Notes: a model not told the origin generated them from the letters alone. 61,789 nucleotides of DNA, filler included, from Globobulimina sp. (GCA_003354225.1; 15 parts of 15 records of this genome joined end to end with filler, not necessarily neighbours in it), one strand, 5' to 3'. Positions 41,588-55,218 are shown, counted from the first letter of the whole stretch. Numbers and translations are program-made.

Positions 41588-44500
41588 ATGCATATTTACC
41601 TCATTTCTAGTATGTTTCTGGAATACAATAAACATTCAAAAACATATTAATTCATACTAAAATGCAATATATCCAGCACTGTTTTACTTGATTCAATCAA
41701 CTAACTCGCAACAATGCATAGAAGATGAATATATTGGATTGTATTTTAACTCCACCGATCAATTCAATTTCAGTCCTTTTGGTTTGTCGAAATTTCTAAG
41801 CATAAGTTTTAGCGTCGTCGTAGATTGCATCAAGTTCAAAAACGCAAACGCATCATTACCACCAAGCATGTTCCTAGCAATGAACAGTAAACAGCCGAGT
41901 CTCGATATAGATGCCATCGAAGATTGGATGGACATCGCAGAGCGGAAAATGGTTACTTTGGAAGAAACGGCGGTTCACAAAGAAGATAAAAACAAGTCGA
42001 CACCAATCATAACCTCAGCACAAGTATTTAATTTTATTCTTGGTAACTGGCAAAAACACCTTTCGAATGTCTCCAACATCACGGACTCCCATGCTCCTCT
42101 GAACTGGTTTGCATCTGCTATTATTTATGTACTTTGTATGTTTCATAATTTGTACGTATACCAGGTACAATATATGGTTATTACAGGCAAATACAGACAT
42201 TATTGTGGATGCCTGTAATAGCTCTAGTAACTCGATAGATAGCTCAATAACATTTGAATGGGGTACAGATTATTCGCAGTTTTTCCCCATATTTGAAAAC
42301 GAGGTTGCCAGCAATAGAGAAAAATGGAACGATTCTGAGACTAACTTACCATTTGAGATTGTATGGAACAATGATATGATGAATGAAACAATATATTATA
42401 ATATGGTTGTTTTTAAAGAGGAATGTGAGTGGTTGGAATGTTTTAAATTAGCAAATGAGGCTAAAAGTGGAATAGAAACATATTTTTACAATGATGAATA
42501 TGAAAATATTTCATATCCGGACTCCGTATGGGATTATACGTTAATTTCTGAGCCGTATTCACCTTTAATAGCGTATGAAAATTGTGATGTAACTGATAAG
42601 ATGCCGGTAGAGGCAGGGGACGATAATGCAAAATGTTATGATGACACATGTTGTGTATACGAAGGATCACGGCATTATTTTAATATATATTTCTGGTATG
42701 ATGACGATGTCTGGACAAACTCATTAGCTTTGTACCAATTATTAACGCAGTACACCATCGAAGAAGCACTATGCGATGTATACAACGAGGAATATGGCGA
42801 TACGTTGGTGCCTGATGATTTTTATTTATCTGTCTCGTTTTTCTTCAACTTTTGTTTACTAAAAAATGGGCACTGTCCCAACTATGAACAGGAGAAAGCT
42901 GAGAAAAAATTAACGTTTTTCCCATCAAATATCGACAGTAACAATGACATATCGGGGTATAAAATGTATGCAACTTTCAAGACGCGGCCATTGGACTTAG
43001 CTGAGAAAATATATGATATGTTGGCAGAGAATAAAAAGAATGCGGATAAGTTCCAATCGTATGTGATTCGAAGAGCACAGCAAGATTTTGGCAGACATAA
43101 CTTTGATTTGTTTGGCATTGCCATCAGTGATTTACCACAAAGGATAATATTCAAAGTGCCGCAGTATATTAATTACGGGGTGTGGTCTTTTGTTGGCTTA
43201 TGTACTTTGGTCGCAATCATCGGCGCTCTGCACGGACTGTACTGGAAAGCAGATTGTATTCGCATTTCAGGCGTCATATATTTCGGACTGTATACCTGTG
43301 ACTTTTGTTCGGATATTGTGTTTGATTTAGAACTATTAAACTATGATGACACATGGCTGCTATTTTACGCCTGCACTGCTTTTATTGTGCTGCCATGGAT
43401 GGCCAATATGTTATCATTGAGCAGATATCAACAGAAATGGTGCAAAGACGATGACATTCGCGAGAGAGTGTATTCGTGGTTTATATCATGGCAACGCTTA
43501 ATCTATGCATTGGCGGCCGTATCTGGCAGCGCATTTGGTACTGTTCTATGAACATAAAAACGTTTGAAATCGTTACTGATATTTTTTTTTTTTATAACAG
43601 GTACAGTTGAACTATCCAACAGTTATATTTTTGGGATAGATTTTTTTTGTATGGGATTAAGTGAGAGGCATTTAAAAAAATTCAATAACAACCGGTTATG
43701 GAGCTGCATACTGACCGAAAATTTACCGCAAGGTATGGTAAAAATGCGCGTTAAACACCTTATAAATGCTTGTATTAATATACTTTGTTGACATTGTTTG
43801 AGTGATTATACAGTTTTGGTTCCTGAAGTTATTAGAATGGGAACCTGATAATTCCATCGTGTGGTTGGCGTTGATCTCCTCCTCATTGAGTATTTGCGCA
43901 GCGTTATTGGATATTTATTCGGCCAAGAAATTATTTGCTGTGTTGGAGCCGAAAGGTAAGGCCATTGGAAAAGTGTCCTGTTCGTTTAAAGTGCGGTCGC
44001 AAGCAATTAAGGAGAATGCGAAAAAATTGCAGGTGTCGACATATGCGCTGCGGGATAAAATCGCGGAGACATTAACTACGCATCGCCGGTCCGTTGAAAT
44101 GCATTTTCCAATCACTACCTCGGATGGCTTTAAAATTGGTTTTACTGTGTTTTCCTCAAAATTGAGTGCTGAAGTTATCTATGCTGGATTGAAGAAAAAT
44201 TGTTTGGACACTGACGAATTCGCCAAGAAAATACAAAAAGTGTGGAGGTTAAATGAAAATAATCCGAACGCTCCGTTACCGAAAATAGAAGAGCTTATTG
44301 TTGAGGGTATCAATCCGGAGGACTATGGGCATGATGTTGTAGAGGATAATGAGGAGAGAGGGGATATAGAAATGGCGCAAATGGACAATGAAAAGAATGA
44401 ATTGGAGGACGGGAATAGTAACGCAATGACATTGATGGATACGTTGGATATCAACCCGGTGAATGAAGGACATTTAAATTCGACGGCTTTGATGGATACG

Positions 44501-44887
44501 TTGGATGTAAATGCGTTGAGTGAGGATAATAAGGAGGCTCTGTCCGGCCATGAGGCGCAAATGGCATCGTTAAATGCGCAAATTGCAATGAATCAATATT
44601 TAATGATGCAACAAATACAAAGCATCAGCAATAAAAATGAATTGCGACAATTAATGATCACACAAATGCAAAAAATGAATGGAATGATAAACCGGTCGAA
44701 GTCTTATGATACGCTTCAATTTAAACAATTTAGTGATGAATGGCAGCAACAACAAAGCAATGATAATTATGAACCTCCTGCTTTGCCACCAAAATATGAG
44801 GAAATAGAGGTAAAACAGGAAGAATTAGCAATGTGTGATAATGAGAATAGTCAGCCGAGTGCTCGGAATCCATGGAATGATATATAG
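41588..44887 (+). CDS. Large ectodomain + XK-like multi-pass domain + cytosolic tail; introns 41610-41676, 42107-42164, 43538-43600, 43733-43802
   Basis: Spliced signal peptide MHIYLISTLFYLIQS; YTCDFCSDIVF, TENLPQVIIQ, ALISSSLSI; all junctions keep the frame. Confidence 0.75.
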
Positions 44888-47813
44888 TTTTCATTTAATT
44901 TTGATACTGTCTTGTTTCGTGTCGTTAGTTTTTTATATTCTTTTGTGTTTGTTTAATTTGTTTGTTTGATTGATTGTTATATCGGTTCAATGGCAGAATA
45001 AACAATCAATCAAACAAACGTCGTCATTTTGCTTCCCTTTTTGTTTGTGGATGACATAATAATATGTTGACTCAACTCTTTATATGGCCACATTCGCACA
45101 ATCTGACCAATGATCGAGACAGAACATCGAACCTTTGCATGATAGATATGCGGAACATCGAACCTTTGTAACTCAATATATAAATTTAGACAATTATATT
45201 TTATATTAACCGTAAAAAAAAGGATATGAAAATGCAACTAATTAGTTACTATTTAGAAACTATTTAGTAATTATTTCAAAACAAAAACGATNNNNNNNNN
45301 NNNNNNNNNNNNNNNNNNNNNNNNNNNNNNNNNNNTTAATTAATTAANNNNNNNNNNNNNNNNNNNNNNNNNNNNNNNNNNNNNNNNNNNNATGACTAAG
45401 TAGAACCTTTGGGTCACACAAATGACATCCCTTCAATGCTCGCCCATCTGGATTGACCGCTTGCCTCCTTTGACTCGCCTTAGCTCTGGCACACCTACAT
45501 TGAATAGCAGTCCTACAATAAAATGGACCAACGCTGTGAGATCAAAGAATTCTCACGTGCAAAATGTGGTTACCCTTTAGTCAGTTCGTAAGGGTTCCAT
45601 ATTTCATGTCTGAAAGGGTACCATAAGTGATGAAGGAAAAAGCAACACGATGATGGAAAATGGGAATGATGTAAAATACAGTATTCTTACAATAACAGTA
45701 AATAGGTAATGGTTGAACTCTTATTTTATTGCCATTGTAGCTTCTGTAGTAGACGTTTTGCCAATCACTTGGGTCAAGGATTTATTGAAGGGAATATATG
45801 AACGACATCAGTAGTTATATACACTGGGAGTATCGTACTGCCTCACTTCTCATCATACTGCGTTTATTCTGTTTCACTAGTACCTGCCTTATTTTCTGTT
45901 TATACTGATCAGGAATGAGTACTATAAACAAATCAGTACTATGCTCCCAGAGTAATTTAAAAATAAATAAATAATTTATTACTACCAGGCTTCATTCGTG
46001 CTTACTAAATGATTTTAGGCAAGCTAGTGCAATTAACAAATTTAATTTTATGCGATTAAATAGTTTTTTACTTGATATTTTGTCAACCACTGAAAGGGTT
46101 AAATGCGATTAAATATGATATTTATAAAGCATAATCCACATATTTCACTTTCACTGATCGACGGTTTCTCACAAGGTATTACAAATGAGTATTGAGAAAT
46201 CCACTGACCGCCAGGCCAGTGTATGTACATGCGGAAGTCTAAAACCCTATTTCTGTTTTTCACTTGATCGAACTCCAATCTATTTTGCTTTTTGTAACAG
46301 TTGAAACGCAAAATCGCTGCCTGTCCCACTCGCTGGAAGGTTCAGTCCATAATTCAGCATAACCACAGAATGAAGCATTTGTTGTTATTCCATCATCCAA
46401 TCTATTAAAAACAAAATGTTCCTGCAGGATGTTGTCAAGTAAAGCTCCTTTCCAGTGTATGTATGATATTGCTCTTTGTATATCTATGACTTCTGAGATT
46501 AGGTTCCACACACTGTCAACTATCAGTGTTTATCCTGCAAGTTGTTTCGGGAATTCTTAACACACACCGAATAACATTAATTGTTCTTAGTATTTTTGAG
46601 GAAATTGGACATTTAACAATGTTGATCAACCAGTTATAGAAAATACAGCACTTCAACTTTCAACCCGGATGTTGGATATCCAGATTCGAATTTTGTCACT
46701 TGTTTTGGTCGTGTTTTGTTCCATTTTATATTTTACCACAAATTTTGCATGTTTATTAATAAACCGCATGGAATTTTGTTATAACAATCATAATGGGCTG
46801 TCTGAATCACTCAAACTGGGTTGTTATAAAATATGTCATGAAAAATCAAACTGCATGGCAAAGAAAAGTAGAGATAACAAAAACGTCCAAACAAAGAATG
46901 ACTTATTTATCCCTGCTCATTAAGGCTGTAGTAATTTATTTTGAGATAGGTATTTAACTTATTAAATTCAGACTTGTCATTAGTAGTGTTAACTGTTAAG
47001 TCCCCTTGAACAAAATGTTAATTAATGTAGTGCTTTTACAGAAACAAGTAACGAGAGTTGAATTTTGAGAACAGAATAAATACTGTATAAATTTTAAGAG
47101 TGCAGGCCAGATGGACCTTTTCAAAAAGAATTGAAGTTATATTTCCTTGGGCTGATCTGATGTTTGTACCCATTTGAAAGGCAAACATCGTGGTCCATAT
47201 GAAATGAAAGTGTTACAGTTTTGCACAGCATAGCATATGTCCTCTTAAGGGTGAACTGCGAAATTATTGAGTACAAATAAATTTAAGAAAGACAAATGCC
47301 AACAATGTATGTCATAACATCATTGTCTCTATTTTTGTTGCCTTGAACATCAGCTGGAGATTAACCCAATTTTAGCAGGTGGTATGTCTAAAAGAGGTCA
47401 TTGTCAAATTGTTATTTGTTTTGTGTTGTGTCTTACAAACAGATGTCATTATTATTTCGAATTCGAATCTACCGAAGTCACTATTCTGTTCTGAGAAGAA
47501 AAAGAGATTCTTCTGAGAACCCCAGTTCAAAATTTGTCGTTTGATAGAAATTTAACTAATTATTTTGGTTATTTTTACGAAGAGCGAACTATACTATGTA
47601 AGTAATTTTACAACCACGTGTTTGTGTTTGACAAACTCTAATGTAATTTATATTTTGAATTTTTATGTGACAAAAGATACACATTTTACTGTAATTTTAT
47701 CAATGCTTTTTTCGTTATAGTAACATCATCATCAACAAATCATTTTTTTATGAATATACCATGATTCACATTGTGAAGCACTATAATAACCTTTTTCTTA
47801 CAGGGAAGATAAG

Positions 47814-49416
47814 ATGATAAAATATGAAATTTCTGATTGTGTCAGATTGGCAATGGGCAAGGCCCAATTACAAAAACCAGTGAATTGGAATGATCTGTTT
47901 TCTGAAGACATCCTTCAAAAATTAAAGAGATATTGTTGGGCACACAAAACATCGATGGAATATGTGCTGGTTCCATTTTTCGCTATGAACAGTGCAATTG
48001 CAGGAAAAACGTCAACAGTTCGCAGTGGGTTGCTAAGAGAAGGTCGCACAAATATGTACTTATTGGTAAGTAAGGCTTATTGGTTTTATTTTTAGTCAGA
48101 GGTAAAACAAATTGAATGGTCGATTGTTTGTTCTACTAAGCCAAGTGCCCATAATCTAGATAGTACTTAGTTGTTGCACAACTAGTACAGTCAACCTCCA
48201 TAATTGCATCACCTCTACAAATGTATCACTTTTATGCACCGCAAAGGTACTATGCTTTAACATTGGAGCAAACCTCCTTATTTGCACCACCACCATAATT
48301 ACATAATGCATCAGTTGAGTGTCATCAGTCTATATAGTAACACCTCCTTATTTGCATCACCTCCATAAAAGCATCGCCGAAACCACAATTGCATCGCTTA
48401 CCCTCTTTATATGCATCATTGCTACTGTAATTGCATCACAGTAAAAGAGTCTTTGGCGATCGAAGGTGTCATGTTGCAGTCCCAGTTCATTATTTGATGC
48501 TCCATTTGAATGTTTATTGCACATATATGCATTTATTTTTATTTTTCGAATGATTTGTATCACAATTCAATGATTTTTATTGGGATTTTTAAAAAGACTG
48601 TTTTTTTTTGTTTTTTTAACAGAATTTCATGATTTTATGTAATAATCTTATTTTACACAGTTATTTGGATGTCTCTTTGCTTGTCTCTTTGGTTGTCTCT
48701 TTACATTTGGTTGTCTTCTTATTTCCATTTTGTTCTTCTTTGGCTGCTTCACTTCACAGGAGAGTTATCACTTTGAATATATTTTAAGCTGCAAGTATTC
48801 TCCTCCTTGCATTCAGTTGCTTCCTTAACTATCACTTTAAAGTTGTGGTTGCTTCTTTGGCTGCATTTTTTTTAGCTGTGGTTGCCTCTTTCCATGTATT
48901 TGTGGTGGTTGCTCTTTGGTTGTCTCTGACTATTCTTCCAACTTGAGTTTCCAGTTGGGTTAGTTGCGTGTGCGACTTCTATGTTCTATGGCTGCTTCTA
49001 TGTATGTGGTTGCCCATTTGCTTTTTTCAACTGGCTCTTTACAAGGTTTCTGCAGCATTGGTTGCCTCTTTAGCTATTCTTCAAACCTTTCTTTAACCTC
49101 ATTGCATACCAATTTACACAGTAGTTGCTTCTTTTGAGTGTCTCTTTAACTTTGTTGCCTCTTTGATGATTCTTTATATGTTGTTGCTTCTACGGTTGTG
49201 TCAATAACTATGGTAGCCACCATAATTGTCAGTATGTGGTTACCTAACTTCTCCTCCTACCCATTTTCAAACTGACAGCAAACAAACAGGAGACATTGAA
49301 TCTTTTTTGTATAGATGGTTGGAAATCCAAGCTCAGGAAAAAGCTGTGGCCTCGAATTAGCTGTAAGTAAGCCAAAGGTAGCAATTGAAAAGGAACTGGG
49401 TTACCCTGTTGTGTAA
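47814..49416 (+). CDS. Exons of a DUF3987/YfjI-like P-loop protein; intron 48066-49314
   Basis: Phase-0 GTAAGT...TAG splice gives EYVLVPFFAMNSAIAG...TNMYLLMVGNPSSGKSCG (Walker A). Confidence 0.6.
48200..49245. repeat. Two degenerate minisatellite tracts (TTGCAYCAC-like, then GGTTGCCTCTT-like)
   Basis: Many imperfect copies visible at about 48200-48440 and 48660-49245. Confidence 0.6.
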
Positions 49417-49516
49417 NNNNNNNNNNNNNNNNNNNNNNNNNNNNNNNNNNNNNNNNNNNNTTAATTAATTAANNNNNNNNNNNNNNNNNNNNNNNNNNNN
49501 NNNNNNNNNNNNNNNN

Positions 49517-52500
49517 TGAACAGGAAAAGATTGACAATTTGAGGAGAAACACTGTTAATTTTGGCAACCTTGATCACTGCCAGAAATTGAAAAAATACAA
49601 GTCCATGAACCGCAGCCTTGATTACATTGAGGATGAGCCCTTTCTTAATTACAAAGGCGGCAAAGTCCCCAAAAATACCGCGTTAGCAGACCACTTTGCA
49701 AATATCAATGGTCCCATCGTAGATCCTGCCACAAATACAAAAATCCAAACCATTAACCAATTCAACACGGATCTACATAAATTTGAACACAACGCACTCC
49801 GATTCATCCCATTCATTGCCACAGAAACTGATTCAGATCCGAATCCTCCCCCTCCCTTAGAACCCACTAATAATAATGCTGAAGTTTGGCAGAGCACCGA
49901 TGCTAATGAGGACACTCCGCACTATGCGCCCAACTTCATTGCCAGGAATGACTGCAGCCAAAATGAAATGTTTCACCTTGAACATTTGCACTCGCGAGGA
50001 TTAGCAGATGATGATAACGATGTAATCCTTGGAATGCCGCATATCACTCCCGGCCCAGACAACAGTTCCACCCATAACACGCCTGCCAATACCCAACCCG
50101 CTGCCGATTCCCCTGACGATGCATCTGATTCTAAGTCAGATGATGACAAATATCTGAAATATACTTCGGTCAAAATGGCCCTACAGTTTGCTAATTCCAG
50201 TTCTGCGCTGGGCTATGATGGGATTAAGGCCCCTCATCTCAAACTAAACGGTGATGCCATCAATCAGCTCCTCTGCGTAATGTACAACATCTGGAACCAG
50301 ACATACATCATTCCCTTCTACTGCCGACTGGGTTCCGTCATCTCGATCCTAAAACAACCAGACGGTGATACCCCGAATCACTACCGCCCCATAACACTGC
50401 TACCCATCATCTTTAAAGCCTACGAACGATTGGTTTTGTGGGAAATGAACATTGAACATACTTTTAGACGAAATCTGCACATATTACAAGGAGGGAACAG
50501 AGCCCAGCGTGGTGTCCCAGAGCAAATCGGCACTCTCCATTTGGTCTCTGAAACTGCAACAAAACAAAATAAACCACTTTACTGTGCGTCCCTGGATATC
50601 CGCAAGGCCTTTGATACCGTGTGGCGTAAAGGCCTGCTCTTCAAACTGCACAGCCACTTCCATATACCAGTCAATATCTGCAAAATAATTAAAGCCATTT
50701 ATGATGACTCCCACTCCGCCATAAGAGATATTCCCTTTATTACGCAACTCTTTCAATTACATAATGGTGTTTTGCAGGGTTCCGTACTCAGTCCCATCTT
50801 GTTTGCAGCCTTTATCAATGACATGATCACTGACCTACAAGCCGCTGGGAAAGGTGCTACATCGCCAGATATCCGCAAGTTGATTGCTTGCATCTTCTAT
50901 GCCGACGATGTGGTACTTTTGGCCAACTCCGTTGAGAACCTATCGCACCTATTACAAATTTGTGAGCGGCACAGCAAAGACTGGGCCTATACTTTCAAAT
51001 GCAAATCCATTATCTACAATGATACCGATATATTATCCAATAACACCAACCATTACAGCACAGCTCAGAAACAGACCATCACTCAAGAATACCATACCAA
51101 ACTGCACAGAATACATCAGAAAGAGGCTCCAATGGTTCTAATACAACCCCCCATGAACGATTCAATAATGGCAATCAACATCGACGGCATCATATGCTCC
51201 TATAACACCAATGAAATGCCCCCGGATATCCTCGATAGATTCAAGGCGCACTGTGCCTATTACAAACATAAAATCTCCAATAAACCTTACCATATTATTT
51301 GGAACAACATTATCCGCGATGACAGCTGGATAATATCCAAGATGCACCATATGTGCCTAATGTACAATAAACCAATACAAATAGTCACGCATCTGCGTTA
51401 CCTTGGAGCTCATCTGTGTTCCTATGATGCTGACAATTTAGTTTCCACCCGCTGTACTAACAAAGTCTTCCTAAACAAACTTGACCAGAAAGCGAGGATG
51501 CTCGGTCAATTAGATTTTAATCACAGCTTCATCTCACTAAGAGACAAAATCAGCATTTTAAAAACCTTTTATTTAGTTTACACAGAAATATTTGCACAGG
51601 TCCTGGATTGCAAGGTGATCAACCTACTGTCAGCCCTTAAAAAACAGATTGATACCATACACAAACAAACACAAATCAAACATTTCATATTCGAACAATT
51701 CTCTATCTTTGCTGGCATTCCCTCTCCCTCTGAACGCTGGGCCGTTTTGAAACTTGCTTTCTATTGGAAACTAACAAAAAACAGACCAATCTCCTACATG
51801 CATATATGGAATACTCTCCCAAATATCGACAGTTACACGTTGTATAAACAGTACCATGATCTGAAAACCAAATGGCTCCCACTCCAAATCCAATTTATTG
51901 AAGGTGCCCCGACAAATGTTGATGCTTTTAATGCTGTTGCGGGCCCTTCTGAACTACGCCCAATCATCGTGAAAAATCAACACACACAAATTGTAAATTC
52001 CTTCCATAAATACCATCCACTCAAAATCCTCCGACACCACCTCCCAAATTACAAAGCAATGAATACCTATGAACTCCATGATTTAAATGATTTCGTCAAA
52101 CCCAGAATGATCCCCCTTTACAGAGAATTATTCTACTTCTTCAACCAAAAGCAGAATTACTGCAAACTCTGCGCCAGCAACACGCCAATACCAATTGAAA
52201 CCCACCTCTGCATTGCCTGTCCGGTCCTAACTGGCCTCCGTTATGTATACTGGAATCATGCCCGTGCTAGATTGATGGCCATTGGTAAGTCACAATTCCT
52301 CTTAAATCATTGCAATATTACCACGGATAATCGACGCATAATATTATTCACGGATTCCATGACCAATTTTATTTCCTTAATCAATACACCAAGAAATGTC
52401 AATAAATTAACGTATGTCGACCTATTCAAACAAACACAAAAACATATCGCCAACTTGAACATCATACTCTGGAAAGTGAAAGCCCACACAAAGCCCAGAG

Positions 52501-52745
52501 AGCAGGTCTTCAACTGCATTGCAGACAGACTGGCATTCATAGGTCGAATCCATCCCAACAATAGCAACCTCATAATCCCCACAATAAACTCAGCGATATA
52601 TGCGAAATATAAATGCTTCTCTCTCCCTCCCGAACCTAGTTTCGGGCTCATTTTATCTCTCACAGGGATGTTCCAACAATCTGTGAGCCTGGAATCAGAC
52701 CTCAGGCCTGATTGAATTTTGTACTACTACTACTAATACTGCTAC
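49517..52745 (+). mobile_element. Non-LTR retrotransposon 3' part: RT, CCHC-type finger, partial RNase H, (TAC)n tail
   Basis: YRPITLL, QGGNR, LDIRKAFDTV, GVLQGSVLSP, FYADD (50895-50909), RYLG; CKLC...HLCIAC; LFTDS, WKVKAH, NCIADRLA; tail TACTACTACTACTAATACTGCTAC. Confidence 0.9.
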
Positions 52746-52843
52746 AAAGGGCTCAATGGCGTTCACGTCAAGAATGTATACAATTTCATGCTCGTAAATT
52801 AGTTTATTAAGAAAAAGTAACCAAATATGAATAAAATTAAGGA

Positions 52844-52917
52844 AGGAAAGTTCCTTTCGAGTCATACACATTTAAAAAACAACGTTTAATTTTCGAGGAA
52901 AGTTCCTTTCGAGTCAT
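52844..52917 (+). repeat. 22-bp perfect direct repeat AGGAAAGTTCCTTTCGAGTCAT (52844-52865, 52896-52917)
   Basis: Exact match; each copy is followed shortly by GTTTAATTTT. Confidence 0.85.
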
Positions 52918-53641
52918 TTAATGTTTAATTTTAGATTTAACCAATTTAATATTTATCTTTTATCCCCAAGAGGAACAAGAATGCAAAGTTCATGTTGGGT
53001 TTAGAAAGATTTCAAACAGAAAGTACAAAGTCAGAATAGTACCTCGAATAATAATAATAAATAAATAACAAACCTTACGGCATATGGATTATTGTTATTT
53101 TCGAAAATTACTAAGAAATCTTCAAAACACTAAGAAATCTTTTCCCCCCTCAACATCCAACCTCGGATGCTATCATCTTACTTTGTTATATTCCAAATCT
53201 TATTCTATATTCTTGTTGCTGCCTCAAAAGGTAAAGTCTTACTCATCGTCTATGTTCCTACAAATGAGAGTAAAACTGCAATATTAAAATTGATAATAAA
53301 TACAATAAATAAATATATAAACAATAAAATAAACTCCTCCAAAAATTGCTTCAAAAATTGGGAATGCTTCTCCCTATATAAAAATAATAATAATATATTA
53401 AAAAATAATAAATTGTATACTGTTTATACAGACTACACGCAATCTCGCATTACAATGCTCCCGAATGACTATGACAACAAAGCAAAAGTAAATCACATTA
53501 AAAACAATACCAACTGCAGACCGCAACAAAGCCATAATCAGNNNNNNNNNNNNNNNNNNNNNNNNNNNNNNNNNNNNNNNNNNNNTTAATTAATTAANNN
53601 NNNNNNNNNNNNNNNNNNNNNNNNNNNNNNNNNNNNNNNNN

Positions 53642-54241
53642 AAACCACGAAGGTAAATATTTTTCTATTTCGCAAAACATTTGAATGTATGTGGGGTTAA
53701 TTAGTAATATATCATCTTCTAAAAGTAATATTTTTGCTAGTTTTGAATGTTTGGCATATTTAATAATATCCAGCTGATTTTCGCGCAGAGCAAACATTCC
53801 TAAATTATCATAAACTGACGTACCAACTGGATAACGTCCAAGTGCTTTTTGTAATTGTTTGTTATTTTGCGCTGTCATATTGACAATGCTCCGAAATTCA
53901 TTCCATAACGAAATTGAATGTTTATTGGTTGTTGTATGTTTACTCCATTTTGTAAATTTAATATTTTCAGAATCTAATTGGAACTTTGTGGTTGCATATG
54001 ATTTATTTCTCGATGGAATTGTGATTACAAATATTTCATCAAAGATATCATTCAAACATGAACCATCTCTATGAATCCTATCCGAGTGATGTGATAAAGC
54101 AACAATCGATAAATTGTCTGAGACTGTAGTTTTAATAAAAGTGTTGACCACATATACATAAATATCGATCACTATTATTAGCACTATCAATAAGAAAAAT
54201 GATATAATATAGCACCTCTTTATAACAAATCGCATATGCAT
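53642..54241 (-). CDS. Type II membrane glycosyltransferase, GT25-like, 3'-truncated
   Basis: N-terminal TM anchor, FDEIFVITIPSR, ILLLEDDI. Confidence 0.65.
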
Positions 54242-54546
54242 TTGGCGCCTGATTGCAGACTGCAGACTTACACGTAGCCTAAAGAGGAATGGTGAAAACA
54301 GTACAAATGATTCTGCAGTCAGAATAAACAGTGAAAAGTTGCATTTTATGGGACTTCTTAGACTCTATCAAATATAAAATGTGATAAAGCTGCAGCTGCA
54401 ATGCCTGAAAATATTATTTATCTTCTCGGAATTTCGCAGTTCGGAGAATCAGAGATTCCATTCCATTTCTATACAATTCACATTTAACCAGAATTGATAT
54501 CGAAACCAAGACAAACAAACCAAGCACGCACACATTTGAACAACAA

Positions 54547-55014
54547 ATGTTAAAAACAAACAAAAACGATAATGGAAAATGTTGTGGATGTTTGTCAATT
54601 ATGAATGGTGTAAAATTAACTGTGATTTGTGAAGTATTAATGTTTGTATTTATGACATGGTTTACATACCAAGTTTATGGTAAAAGTGATTTCGAAAAAA
54701 ATGATGAAGATAGAAACATATTTATTTTATTGCTGTTAACCACAATCATTAGTGCAATATCAGCAGTTTGCGGTGTAATTGCAGCATTTTCAAGAAATAA
54801 GTTAGTTTACAAAATATTTAACATCGCCTTCATTATTGCAAGTTTACCATTTATTGGTTTGGCACTTTCATGTCCATTTGGTGCGATTGTTACACCGAAA
54901 ACTGAGAATTACATTATCCTTTTTTGTTTGTTTACAATTTCTGTCTGTGTTTGTGCCGTCCGTGCTTATGCGCATATCAACACGAAAAGATTTATAAAAA
55001 CATTGCCAAATTGA
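54547..55014 (+). CDS. Small four-TM protein
   Basis: KCCGCLSIMNGV N-terminus and four hydrophobic helices. Confidence 0.65.
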   Translation: MLKTNKNDNGKCCGCLSIMNGVKLTVICEVLMFVFMTWFTYQVYGKSDFEKNDEDRNIFILLLLTTIISAISAVCGVIAAFSRNKLVYKIFNIAFIIASLPFIGLALSCPFGAIVTPKTENYIILFCLFTISVCVCAVRAYAHINTKRFIKTLPN

Positions 55015-55218
55015 TATTAAAATTTATTCAATTACATTTCTTGTTCGCTTTCTTATTTGCATTCACAATCAACTTTCCCGTCACGTTTGCCTTACTCTGC
55101 AAAGCTTCGATACTAAAATTTTTTGAAGTGAGCTAAGATAAACTACTATAAAAAAAACAGCTTAAACTCTAATTAAAAAAACTCCTTTTCACCTCGTTGT
55201 CTTATCTACATTCTGACA

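Noticed and set aside
46099-46923. Short ORFs on the gene-poor contig
   Set aside because: No motif or consistent splice model that I can support.
53084-53541. Asn/Lys-rich ORFs after the retrotransposon
   Set aside because: Composition mirrors A-rich non-coding DNA; no domain.
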